Source of the DNA: a virus
Strand: one strand, 5' to 3'
DNA length: 64,000 bases
Virus record (IMG/VR): IMGVR_UViG_3300031918_000006
Location: 32,001-96,000 of that record
Within the stretch, counting starts at the first letter, position 1. Each line of letters starts with the position of its first letter. This document shows positions 20,901 to 31,000 of the stretch, in pieces. The translations under genes were made by a program, and so were the position numbers. The notes beneath the pieces are model-generated. The model saw only the letters and a program-made list of their open reading frames with translations. It was not told the DNA's origin and searched no databases.

Positions 20901-23900
20901 CTCCTTTATTAATTTACTATACTGAAATGTATACTGATAAATCAAAAACTACTCCTGCTTTTACAAAAATGATGAAAGCTAACGAATTGCTTTTTGCTAA
21001 AAGTTTAAACTCATATAATATGAATATTGAGTACATGGATGGTAAAGGAAGTCTTAATCCTTTATTTATTCGTAAGGGTACCTCAACTATTTTTGATACT
21101 TTAAAAATAGCAGATGAAAAAACAGGAGATAGAATTACTAAAGAGAATTTTGAAAAAAATTGGGTAGATCCTTCTACAAAATACTTAACCATTTATAAAG
21201 GAGGAGAATTAAATCCTTTGCTTAGACATTATTTTTACATGGATAACTATATTTCTGAGAATTTATCTCAAGCTAGTATGGGGACTATTCATAATCATCC
21301 ATTTAAAGGAAAAGCTAAGGCTAAACCTGGTACTTTTGAGTTCTTTACTGAAATAGAATCTGCTAAAACAGCTGCTATGTATAAAAGACAACTTCAAGGT
21401 ACTCCCATGAAACCTTTGAATTTAAATTTAATCAATGGTGTACGTGAAACTATGAGTTCTGTATTTTTAACTGATATAAATAATCCAGTTTATACTAGTT
21501 TTGGAATTAAAGATAAGATGACAGTAACTGACGGTTCAGCGCAAGTAACCCCTTTACAATATATTCTACAAAACAATTCATTACTAGAAAATTCAGTTGG
21601 TCCTAATGCTAAGATGTTTAGTTTATTTATGGATCCAAAGTATAACTCATATGGTTTAACTAAATATGCAGAATTTGGTATTACTAATGAAATGATTCAA
21701 AATTCTAAAGGTTCTACTTATGATCTTATGAATTTAATAGAAAAAAGTTACAGGTATAAACCTTTTACTAGGAGTATTACTATTGAGGAATTTAATCCTA
21801 ATACATTTGATTATGATAAAACTTTAGTACAATATACTCCAGATATCTTAAAAGATTTTAAGGGTAATAATATAACTATTGAAACAATTGCTCCTAATGG
21901 ATTATTCTATGTAAAAAATGATCAAGTATATGAGATTAAATCTTTAACAAGAGGTACTACTATAACTCAACCTTCTGGAGAAGTAATAGTAGCAAAAGGA
22001 GAATCAAATGATTTTCAGGTGCAGGCTATAAATTTAACCACTGGAATGGCCGAAGTTCCTAAATCTGTTAAAATAAATGATTTATTTGATTTATGGCAAG
22101 CTTTGGGGGCCGAAAATTCAGTATCTATTGATAAAGAAGGACAATATTCTGGTAGTAGAAATCCTGGAGAGACATTAAACTTTACTGAATCTGATGCTTC
22201 TCATTATGCTTTAGCAGAATTTGTAAATAGAGTAGGCCATAAAATGGATTCTAATCAAAAGGTTAATTTAATCAATAAATATGGTTTAAGAGATCTATCA
22301 GATCCACATACTAATGCTATATACTCTAAAGAAACTGAGGCTAATTTTGTAAAATTATTTCCAGAGTTTAAAGTAAATAAAACTGACTTTAAAGTACACA
22401 ATCAGACAAATACATGGCAACCTTTAAAAGCAATGTTCATTGGAAAATATATCCACACATCTGCACAAAAGTCAGGTGCTATAAATGTGCATAATATCGA
22501 TGATGTGTATAACCAAACAAAACCAATTTATCCAGTAGATGTTCCAGCAATTTCTACAGGATTACTTATGACTACAGAGCATGAAGTAGAAGGCTCAGAG
22601 ATCACTAAAATGACTCAAATCTATAGTGCTATAGAATTTATGGGTGATTCACATAATGTGTCTAGTGGGGTTTATAATGCCATTGCTGACGTCTTAAATA
22701 TTAAACTTAAATCTTTATTTGATGCTACTGAATTCCAAAATGTAAATAAAGAGGCATTATATAAAGAAGTTACTGACAATTTGATTCGCACATTTAACTC
22801 TAAAGACCAACAATCTATTGGTAAGTTCATTGGACAGATGGTAGAAAGAAATTCAGACGAGATAAAAGCATTTACAGCTCAAGCCAAAGAAGCCGAAGCT
22901 ATCACAGAAGATGCTACAGGTGAAGAGCCTGGAGTAGCTAGTACTATGAGTATGAGTATAGTTAGAGATGGTAAAAGAATGCCTTTTAGTACTTATATGT
23001 ACAGTTCTTTTATATCTCTTATGAGTAATTTTTTAAATAAAGAGGCTATTAAAGATAAACAGTCTGGCATTGCCTCTCCTATTAAACCTTCTGGAGGTAT
23101 GCTTCAAGTGTATGATTCAGAAGATATTAATGGTAAAAAAGATGTACTTTTAAGAAAAAATTACGATAAATTAAATGCTGCTGAAAATATAGTGGAAGCC
23201 CCAATTACTATTGGAGAGATTTCTTTAAATGATTGGGTAAGAGAAAGTGATGGTAAAACTATGAAAGAGTATCAAGTAAATACTCCAGAAAAGTTAATTG
23301 CACTTAAAAGAAAGGATACAGGAGAATCTGTTCCAGTTCAAACTTTTAAAGGATTTTGGACAAGAGGTACAGTACAAAATGATACTAATAATGTTTATCT
23401 ATTTGGCGATAATACTAACGATAGGATGGTTACTAAATATATTCCTGGGGCAACCCAAGCTGTTATTAGAGGACTTCCTAATGCTATAGGAATTGATACA
23501 AAGAGAGATAGAGGTACTACAAGTAAATCATTCTTAACAGATGCTGATCTTCCTTGGTTTAAATCACATGTAGACGAGCAATTAAAGAAAGCACAAGCTT
23601 TAGGTAAACCTATTATCCTTCCAGAAGATGGAATTGGAACTGGAAAAGCTATGTTAAAAGAGAAAGCTCCTGCATTATTTGCATACTTAAATGAGGCTCT
23701 ATCTAAATTAGAAACAACTAAACCTTCAAAAGTAAAATTTGTAAAATTATATGGTAAACCAAGAGATTTACAACCACCACTTTTAACTTTTAAAGTTATA
23801 GGTAAAGGAATGAAAGAATCTCCTATGTCTATTTATGAATTACCTGATTTTGCAATGGTTTATGACTATAAAGAAATTTTGGAAGATAAAAAACCCATGA

Positions 23901-25549
23901 CTGCAGAGTTAGGTTCTTTTTTAACTAAGAGATTTCCAGGAGAAAATATTGAGAAATTAATGAAGAATACCAAATTAGTAAACAATGCTTTACGAGTTAA
24001 TATTCAAAGTATTTTTAATAGAATTGATACTCAACATAATGTCTTAATTAACGGAAAAGAGTATCCAGTAGAAGTGTTAACACGTTCTTCTGGGGAAGCC
24101 ATTGGCCCAAATATTTATAGAACTATGTTTGACTTACCTAAGGGAACTTCAGTTAATCAAGTTACTGAAGATTTCTTATTTCAAAGAATGTATGATAAAT
24201 CTAAACCTGCTATCAATGATAAAAGTTGTTATGCTTACGTACAGAATCCAAATGGAAATCATATCTACATTTTTAATAAAGTTCCAACTGAATTTACAGA
24301 ATATACTCAAGGTAAACAGATAAAAGAAATTAATGGACAGTATTGGGTAGTAGATGGTAATGGTGATCCCAGATATATAGCCCCATCAGGTCTTACAGGT
24401 ACAGCACTTATTGGTGGAAAAAGAGTAGAAGTAATTGTCACTAATGATTTACCAAGTCTTCAAAAAACTCTTCAAGAGACTAAAAATTATGACAAAAGTT
24501 TACAAACTGGTAGAATTTATAATGTCAACGAAAATAATGATGCTATTCTTAAAGAAGAGTGTGCTATTCTAGCTAAAAAAAGATTTTCTAGTTTTAGAAC
24601 CACTTTAAATTATATTGCAGCACGTATTCCCGGACAAGGTTTCCAATCATTTACTGATTTAAAACTTGTAGACTTTATTCATACAGAAGGTAATACAGTT
24701 ATGACTAACCATTTTACTTCCTGGTTAAAAGGAGAGGATTATGATATTGATAAAGGATTCTGGCTTGGATTAACTCTTAAAAATGGAATTGTAGTAGGTT
24801 GGGCTAATGAATTTGATTATAGCTCAGAAGAATCTCTTATAGCTTCTATGTCTCTGCCTTATCCTGATAAAAAATGGAGAAGTTTAGACACAGAAGATAG
24901 TATTGATGATCCTGCAGAAGTTACACTTACTAACGAAGAAGTAGATAGCCTATTTGAAGAAAATATGTCCAAATTACGTAGTGATACTTTAGTTAAATTA
25001 GGTAATATTGATAATTATAATTTCTTAGGAGAAAATCACACAGCTTATGAAGTACAAGAAAAAGTTAATGAATACTTTATGCAAACTATACCTTTAAATG
25101 CTATGGAAGATGCTGTTAAGAATAAAATGGCTTGGGGTATTAGAGATGCTGTAGTTAAACCTGTAAACTTAAATCATACAGAGTCTCCTATTGGAATGGA
25201 AGAACTTAGAGATGAAGCCACGGAAGCTAATAGAGTTGTAAGTAATAATAATCCAATGAGTAAGGCTGATTTTCAATATGCAAACATGGTTGGTAAGAAT
25301 GTAATTGGTATTGCAGCTGTTGCATTAAAGATTTGGAGTGCTGCTTCTTTCTACGGAAATGATAAAGTAAAAAAGGGAGAATTTGCTTCTATATTAATGG
25401 ATAAAAATCTCAAAATTAACGGAAAAAATCGTTATATTGCGAGCCAAGCAAACCTTAACTTTAGTGCGAAGGCTTCTACTGTAATTACAGATGAATATAT
25501 TGCTGATCAAGTAGGTAAAAATAATATTGAGGAAAATTGTAATGGATAA
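17945..25549 (+). CDS. Virion-associated RNA polymerase, crAss-type two-barrel, catalytic part (2534 aa)
   Basis: ARIPGQGFQS followed by GEDYDIDK (DxDxD at ~24737-24751; compare DFDID of phi14:2 gp66); TDGSA motif in the upstream barrel region. Confidence 0.85.
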   Translation: MRNNCGLISTNASIELMGVFNNFIKTLYKKGAKNNYARLEDKIAEYLYDKHRKDDKNDALTPEESHFIEQQFILYTAAVKPILTKSRIDTKFAEKIWGDSTAVKPIELFLADVQKALIEGSETTLTEKVKNLYEVSPEDTSLIPAPKEELIPTPPLEGETKITKFTDISNKMDLKEVFANANTAYLLLERRVSNHIVRNYLINQETGVYNSSSNSVDKSVKANKTRIYKELIKNFEQKGIKFVDSERDYYVNGRINDNIKSVLDRIADYYKKYDGTGITNIKLEEWTQNNINEISDFINFVTISNFDNLLLSYGKGIFKISDSYLNSANEKYDEPKYVLDIASNINDSIFQTGEYNLSDEQSSLFKMFISSMPSVTFDKQVSHDKEIDLNTVNTVMAKLLHGNLLEGAPIYDPTNSMESMKALLEFAINNFTGEGKKIKSFDKIEKDTLLSVYMYFFRNNDELTTKHPKVLLNNSLRSAIQVAYGNDTESGFKNIPSFYHLASNSEVISGMDYFNVIVSNFDKTYLNEYTEYTYDKDRGTITVNSPTERLINSSEIQFTNNLNNFINQEFNKTFLENRYKDVTIEGKESDMPTVRFELSKGVFITANLANGGISITDGIKTTDSKALDFKISPIQEQKLVEILNKILPQLQLRDDKGNDFYYPLFTQVFSPTLDDHVEALTALAKVAGYVAYTSSMVNEIGKDGLLGSKWMKNFGADKSPYIKDDEEFSIARMFPGYSDIAKNIGKGLSIINGETHKAVIKVGNVTVPTIGEVRHLYALPKWRNWLIKQNGNKLTGMPIASNLFMRNPDFLKGFKIRSFVKSGDNVKHSSEMAPLEIATTFIMHDYIAAANKYNEVYIQSTVFADKNSHNSVVVKLNEEIQIPGITNKISLSNVTATELKQAAFLNNATYYKAISDKLTSTYIPVLQTLLPGTTIESTLQGVHDAMSKVQEQDFRNAFYKHYNGSEYIIEDLGIEKNKKDGTCGLSPLLIYYTEMYTDKSKTTPAFTKMMKANELLFAKSLNSYNMNIEYMDGKGSLNPLFIRKGTSTIFDTLKIADEKTGDRITKENFEKNWVDPSTKYLTIYKGGELNPLLRHYFYMDNYISENLSQASMGTIHNHPFKGKAKAKPGTFEFFTEIESAKTAAMYKRQLQGTPMKPLNLNLINGVRETMSSVFLTDINNPVYTSFGIKDKMTVTDGSAQVTPLQYILQNNSLLENSVGPNAKMFSLFMDPKYNSYGLTKYAEFGITNEMIQNSKGSTYDLMNLIEKSYRYKPFTRSITIEEFNPNTFDYDKTLVQYTPDILKDFKGNNITIETIAPNGLFYVKNDQVYEIKSLTRGTTITQPSGEVIVAKGESNDFQVQAINLTTGMAEVPKSVKINDLFDLWQALGAENSVSIDKEGQYSGSRNPGETLNFTESDASHYALAEFVNRVGHKMDSNQKVNLINKYGLRDLSDPHTNAIYSKETEANFVKLFPEFKVNKTDFKVHNQTNTWQPLKAMFIGKYIHTSAQKSGAINVHNIDDVYNQTKPIYPVDVPAISTGLLMTTEHEVEGSEITKMTQIYSAIEFMGDSHNVSSGVYNAIADVLNIKLKSLFDATEFQNVNKEALYKEVTDNLIRTFNSKDQQSIGKFIGQMVERNSDEIKAFTAQAKEAEAITEDATGEEPGVASTMSMSIVRDGKRMPFSTYMYSSFISLMSNFLNKEAIKDKQSGIASPIKPSGGMLQVYDSEDINGKKDVLLRKNYDKLNAAENIVEAPITIGEISLNDWVRESDGKTMKEYQVNTPEKLIALKRKDTGESVPVQTFKGFWTRGTVQNDTNNVYLFGDNTNDRMVTKYIPGATQAVIRGLPNAIGIDTKRDRGTTSKSFLTDADLPWFKSHVDEQLKKAQALGKPIILPEDGIGTGKAMLKEKAPALFAYLNEALSKLETTKPSKVKFVKLYGKPRDLQPPLLTFKVIGKGMKESPMSIYELPDFAMVYDYKEILEDKKPMTAELGSFLTKRFPGENIEKLMKNTKLVNNALRVNIQSIFNRIDTQHNVLINGKEYPVEVLTRSSGEAIGPNIYRTMFDLPKGTSVNQVTEDFLFQRMYDKSKPAINDKSCYAYVQNPNGNHIYIFNKVPTEFTEYTQGKQIKEINGQYWVVDGNGDPRYIAPSGLTGTALIGGKRVEVIVTNDLPSLQKTLQETKNYDKSLQTGRIYNVNENNDAILKEECAILAKKRFSSFRTTLNYIAARIPGQGFQSFTDLKLVDFIHTEGNTVMTNHFTSWLKGEDYDIDKGFWLGLTLKNGIVVGWANEFDYSSEESLIASMSLPYPDKKWRSLDTEDSIDDPAEVTLTNEEVDSLFEENMSKLRSDTLVKLGNIDNYNFLGENHTAYEVQEKVNEYFMQTIPLNAMEDAVKNKMAWGIRDAVVKPVNLNHTESPIGMEELRDEATEANRVVSNNNPMSKADFQYANMVGKNVIGIAAVALKIWSAASFYGNDKVKKGEFASILMDKNLKINGKNRYIASQANLNFSAKASTVITDEYIADQVGKNNIEENCNG

Positions 25550-28049
25550 AGGATGTATACATACATACAAAGGCGTAGAATATAGGAATTATCAAGATTT
25601 AAAAAATGCATTAATTGAGGAGCAGAGTAGTCACTACTTTGCTCCTTTTATGGCTGCAGTTTTAGAAAAATTAAAGAATAATCCCGATATAACGGGCGTG
25701 CAAGAGATTGAAAAGGTCGTGAAAGAAATTTCTGATCAATTTATGTTGAAAGAAGATGTTAGTTTAACTTTGAGTCAGTTATTAAGTGCTGCTACTGATA
25801 ATGCTAAAGAATTAATCTTAGCTAAAATTAATGCAGGACCTGAAACTGCTGGAGTTTATGCATACTTAACCATGTTAGGAGTTCCTTTTAAAGAAATTGC
25901 TCAAATGATGAAGAGTGATGCAGTTAAATGGGTTATTGAGAATTCTCGTAAAAATATTTTTGATAAACAAACTGATTTTAATAGTATTAAAAGTTCTATT
26001 AAAGAGTTTGAAAATGGCCCTAACGTATATAAATATTTAGATTTTGATAGGGCCAATATTTTTTCTAATATTCTAAGAGATAGTTTAAAAAATAGTACTT
26101 TTTTAGGAGCACTTCCTTATGGTAATATATTTAAAGATCCCGAAGTAATTAAGATTCTCTCTAATACTGATAAAAAGAAAGGCCCAGTCGTAAAAATGCA
26201 TTCTATAGGTGCTTTAATGTCTCCTATAGATATTACAAGTAAAGTTGGAGATACAATAGTAACTAAATCTTTAGATTTTAATATTTCTAGAGAAGATATT
26301 AGTGAATTTTACAAAACTTTGCAAGAAGGTAATTTTATAAAAGAGTCATATGAACCTGTAGTTAATAAATATACAGAAGACGAGGATATGGATATGGGTT
26401 GGGAAGATGGTGAAATTAGAAGTAATAAAATTCCTGTAAAAATTGAGGTATCTAGATTTATACAAAAAATGATAGAATATTTAGATAAAGCTCCAGAAGG
26501 AGACATATCTGAATTTGCTAATATTATGGAAGATTCAAAAGAAGTTCTTATCTTAGGTAGAATGCTTTCTATAAATCAAGGTATTAAAACTGATAGTTAC
26601 TCTCAATATGCTTTTTTTCAGAGAGTTACTGATTATATAATTGAAAAAAGCAAAGGTAAAATGTCTTTAGAAACTCCAGAGAAAATGATGTCTGAGATGA
26701 TGGAAGAAATGCCTACTCATAGAGTAGACCCTAAATTTTTAGAAGAAGTTATGAAAAGATTCGATTTTAAAAAATTTTTAGGGATAGGTTTAACACAAGA
26801 AGACGCTACTATTTATAGAGAAACTAGTAAATTGTGGTATAATAAGATTAAATCCTCCTTTAATATTTTAGCTATTGTCTCTGATACTCCCCATTTTAAT
26901 GCAATGCTAGGAGTTTCCTCTTTAATGGAAAATATGAAAAGCATGCTCTCAGTTAAAGCAAAATTAGTTGATAAATTAATTAAAGATGTTTATGATAAAC
27001 ATATTATAGCTTCAGATTTAACTGAGGAACAGATGGAGTATAAAACAATTGCTGATAAGGACTATTTTAAAATTATGGATTTTGCAAATGATTCTATTAT
27101 ATTAAAGTGGATTCGTTCTTTAGACGACTCTAAGAGAATTTTTGCACATGATTCAAATACTTATCACACTATTGTTGATAATAAGATTGTTAAAGTTACT
27201 GAAGAAAATAGGGAGAGATATCCACGTAAAATTGATGTTAGTAGTGCTGAGGGAAGACTAGATTTTATAGACATGGTTCATGAGATGATGTCTGTGTTAA
27301 AAGATGGAAAATTCTTAGTTAATGGTGAGTATAAAGAACATCCTCTTCTAAAAAACAATGCTTTTATACATTCATTCGATATTGATAAGAAAAGAGATCC
27401 TTTAACTGGTAAAAACAATAAGTTCTATAAGCTTCCTATGAATATATTAAATGTAAATGAAGCTAATACTCATAAGTTTAATAGTTACTTAATTGGATTT
27501 TCAGACTTAGCTAAAATTGAGTATAATGGAGTTAATATACAGAATTTATTATTCTTATATAATACTTTTATTCACAGGGATAAAATTAATAGAGACTCTT
27601 TAACAAAATTGTTTGAATCTTCTACCTCTGGTATTGAACATACTATGATGGGTGATTTTATTAAATGGGCTGGAGATTTTGATTGGAATGAAAAAGAATT
27701 ACAATCTTTATCCGAATCTAAAGAGTATGATTATGATATAGACGATATTATAATTAAAGGATTGGCTACTAAGATCTTCTCAAAAAACTTGGATAGAAAT
27801 GTAGGAAAATATGCTTATGCAGTCTTGTATAATGCTTCTACAGGAGAGTCTACAAAGCAATATTATGAGTGGAACAATAGTGCTAGTACTTATCAAAAAT
27901 ATGATCACTTTAGTAGTGATTTAGCAATAGCTTCTAGTGCGGGATCACAAATTGGAGTACAAAGAGGAAATGCAAATGACTTTAATGCTACTTTAAGAGA
28001 AATCTCAAATAGAGGAATAATAATAAACAATGTAAAAATAGAATGTTAA
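25542..28049 (+). CDS. Probable C-terminal part of the split virion RNAP (835 aa from ATG 25542)
   Basis: LSQLLSAATDNAKELILAKIN resembles the segment I recall following the catalytic motif in crAss RNAPs; ATG overlaps the upstream stop (ATGGATAA). Confidence 0.6.
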   Translation: MDKGCIHTYKGVEYRNYQDLKNALIEEQSSHYFAPFMAAVLEKLKNNPDITGVQEIEKVVKEISDQFMLKEDVSLTLSQLLSAATDNAKELILAKINAGPETAGVYAYLTMLGVPFKEIAQMMKSDAVKWVIENSRKNIFDKQTDFNSIKSSIKEFENGPNVYKYLDFDRANIFSNILRDSLKNSTFLGALPYGNIFKDPEVIKILSNTDKKKGPVVKMHSIGALMSPIDITSKVGDTIVTKSLDFNISREDISEFYKTLQEGNFIKESYEPVVNKYTEDEDMDMGWEDGEIRSNKIPVKIEVSRFIQKMIEYLDKAPEGDISEFANIMEDSKEVLILGRMLSINQGIKTDSYSQYAFFQRVTDYIIEKSKGKMSLETPEKMMSEMMEEMPTHRVDPKFLEEVMKRFDFKKFLGIGLTQEDATIYRETSKLWYNKIKSSFNILAIVSDTPHFNAMLGVSSLMENMKSMLSVKAKLVDKLIKDVYDKHIIASDLTEEQMEYKTIADKDYFKIMDFANDSIILKWIRSLDDSKRIFAHDSNTYHTIVDNKIVKVTEENRERYPRKIDVSSAEGRLDFIDMVHEMMSVLKDGKFLVNGEYKEHPLLKNNAFIHSFDIDKKRDPLTGKNNKFYKLPMNILNVNEANTHKFNSYLIGFSDLAKIEYNGVNIQNLLFLYNTFIHRDKINRDSLTKLFESSTSGIEHTMMGDFIKWAGDFDWNEKELQSLSESKEYDYDIDDIIIKGLATKIFSKNLDRNVGKYAYAVLYNASTGESTKQYYEWNNSASTYQKYDHFSSDLAIASSAGSQIGVQRGNANDFNATLREISNRGIIINNVKIEC

Positions 28050-28050
28050 C

Positions 28051-31000
28051 ATGGCATGTACACTAACGTTCACTTTAGGTGGAATAAAATATAATATACC
28101 TGCAGAAGGTAATCTTGCTGATTATGACGGAAAAAACCTCACAGATATATTAGGATCTTTAGATTCTCATACACAAATTAATTTATTAGAGAATATTTTA
28201 AAATATTCTAACATTCAGCCGTATGATTATGAAGAAAATCCAACTGTAACTAATTTAATAGCTTCTAATAATATTCCGAATATTAGTGTAAGCAAGTTAA
28301 CAGAAAAATTAGGAGATTTAGTTTTACCTGATGGATCTAATCATTTTAAATTACGTCAAGTAGTTTTAAGTATGTTAAATGAAAAGACTGATAAAATATC
28401 TTTAGTTTCTGCACAAATCACAGATGGTTCCAAAAAAGGACATGGAGTATTTATTTCACAAACTGGAAGTATCTATGTGCATGCTAAACCTAATGATAAA
28501 ATTGATACTCTTGAGGATTATTTTTTAGGAAAGGATAGCAAAGTCTTACTAGAACGTCTTGCTCATGAATTAACTCATAGTAAATTAGATGCATTAATGG
28601 TTAATCAACCAGAACTTGCCAAGGAATTAGTTGAGGAATGGAATTCAAAAAAAGGAGGATTATCTGATGAATTTAAGAGTATTAAAAGTAGTATTGACAA
28701 GTTAAAAACAAATGAAGCAAAAGCAAACGAAATTATTGCTTATTACTTTAGTGATTTCCAATTACAAGGGGCTTATCAAAGTAAAACACTAGAAGATGCT
28801 TTTAAAAGTATGGTTTCAAATATAATTCCATTAGAAACAATAGTTTCTACTTCTACTCCTGGCTATTTTGATTCTTCCAATCCATATGAGGATTATGACC
28901 ATTCTAGATATAAGAATCATTGGGATGATCCTGTTTGGCAATATAGACATCCTGAATTAGAACCTCCATTCACAGGAGATACTAATGCTTCTCTTCAAAA
29001 AATGGTTGCAGAGATAGATCCAACTTCTGAGAATTACCAAGCAGATAAAGCTAAACAAATCTTAGCTAGATTTAATGCTAATACCTCTGATATTCAAGAA
29101 AATTCTGAATTTAAATACCAGAAATATGATGTTTCTTATGGAGCACCTATTGTTATTGATGATTTTAATAGAGATATTCAAATCTTAAGATTAGCAGAAA
29201 ATGACTTGGTATTAGTAAGTAAAGATATCTTCCTAAATCCCAAAACAAAAGAATGGGAAGCTAGGCCTACTAAAAAAGGTGAGGAAAAGTCTTCATATCG
29301 TCCTGTTATTAGTACTTATATTAATGCTAATAATGAAGTAATGATTAATCTACCTATTAAAGATGGTAGTGGTAAAACATATTCTCTACCAGCTAAGTTT
29401 GTAGAAAGTTTACGTAAATATGATGGAGATTTAATAGATACTCCTTATAATAAAGAAAAAGCTAAAGAATATGCAGATTGGATGGTTGCTAATGTAAATT
29501 CAGCATATGGTGATGATCCTGCCGATAGTTCTATAATTAGAACTATAGATATTACTTCTAAAACTGGAAAAAGCTTTCAAATTTCAGTGGCTTCTAACTA
29601 TGAATCTTATGGATTTAAATTTTATAACCAAGAATCTGCTAGAGAAATCTATGATGGAGCTGAAGTTGGAGATGTAGTTAAAGTGTTTATAAAAGAAAAA
29701 GGAGATAAGAAAGCGGGAGGATATCGCGCTAAAATACTACGTAAATTTGGAAACTCAGTTGAAGTAGTTACTTCTAAAGGTGCTGTACTTATTGTAAAAC
29801 CCTCTGCTATCAATGAGGTAATCTATTTAAAAGAAAATCATCCAGACTTTTTATCACAAGTAGAAAATATTGATAAAGGGACTATTAGCCAAGATCTTAT
29901 TGATGATGGTAATAGTCAATTTAGAAAATATCGTAAAGTAAATTTTGTATCACAAAATAAAAAAGATGGGGAATTTCAAGATAAGATTAATGATTATTTT
30001 GATATTTATTCAAAAGAAGATTCTGCTATTAAAGTAGAGAGACGTCGCGCTGAAGTTAAAAAACTTAAAGCCGGAGATCTTATAAAGGTTAAATGGTATT
30101 ACACAGATACAAAAACTAAAGAAGATAGAGAAGTGTCACACTGGTATCCAGTAGTTACTAAAACCTCTGATTTAGTTTACTATTACAATTCTACTTCTGA
30201 GAAAGTATCTTCTGTGAATATTTTAGATGGTAAAGGATATGAAATCTATGGATTAGCTATAAATAATACAAATTCTTCTAAATTATTTGATGAATTTAAT
30301 GAAATCAGAAAAAGTATAGAAGGATTACGTAGAGATGATACTGGTACATTACTCTCAGATGATGCTATTAAAAATAACTTAGGAGAAGCTCTTAGAAATG
30401 CAGAACCATCTAGTTTACAAGACATTTATCATATCACAGAAATAGAAGATGTAGATGAAGTAGCAGCTGGAGAAGATAATGACCTTAAATTATCAGTATC
30501 TCAAGTACAAAGAGGTAGTATTGTTAAAGCCTATGTATTTGATATAGATGAAGAAGGTAGAGACAAAAAAACTAAAATTTATAAATGGTTTGTAGTAACT
30601 GGCTTTGATGAAAACACTGGAAGACCTATATGTGTTACACAAACTAAAGATAAAAATGGTAAAACTGGTGTATATAAAGAATATCCAATTGAATTTCAGA
30701 ATATTAAAGCAATAGGTCATAGATTAACTGATAATGCTGATTTAGGAATTTATGGAAATAAAACTCTAAAAGAATACTTAGATAAGTTAAGAAAAACTTT
30801 TGATACTATTAGTGAACCTATTTTTATTACTCAAGCTGAAACTCCTAAATATGAGAGATCAAATAGAACTTTTAACACAGCTTTATATGGTTTACTTAAA
30901 AACGGAAAGATGGGTTATGCAGTGTCTGATAAATATGTAATAGAACAATTTAAAGATAAGACTGATTTTGAAGAATGGAAGAAAAATACACCAGAAGCTA

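Noticed and set aside
25527-25541. TTG start at 25527 for the 840-aa ORF
   Set aside because: ATG at 25542 overlaps the upstream stop and gives an N-terminus matching the neighbouring M-x(1-3)-C pattern.
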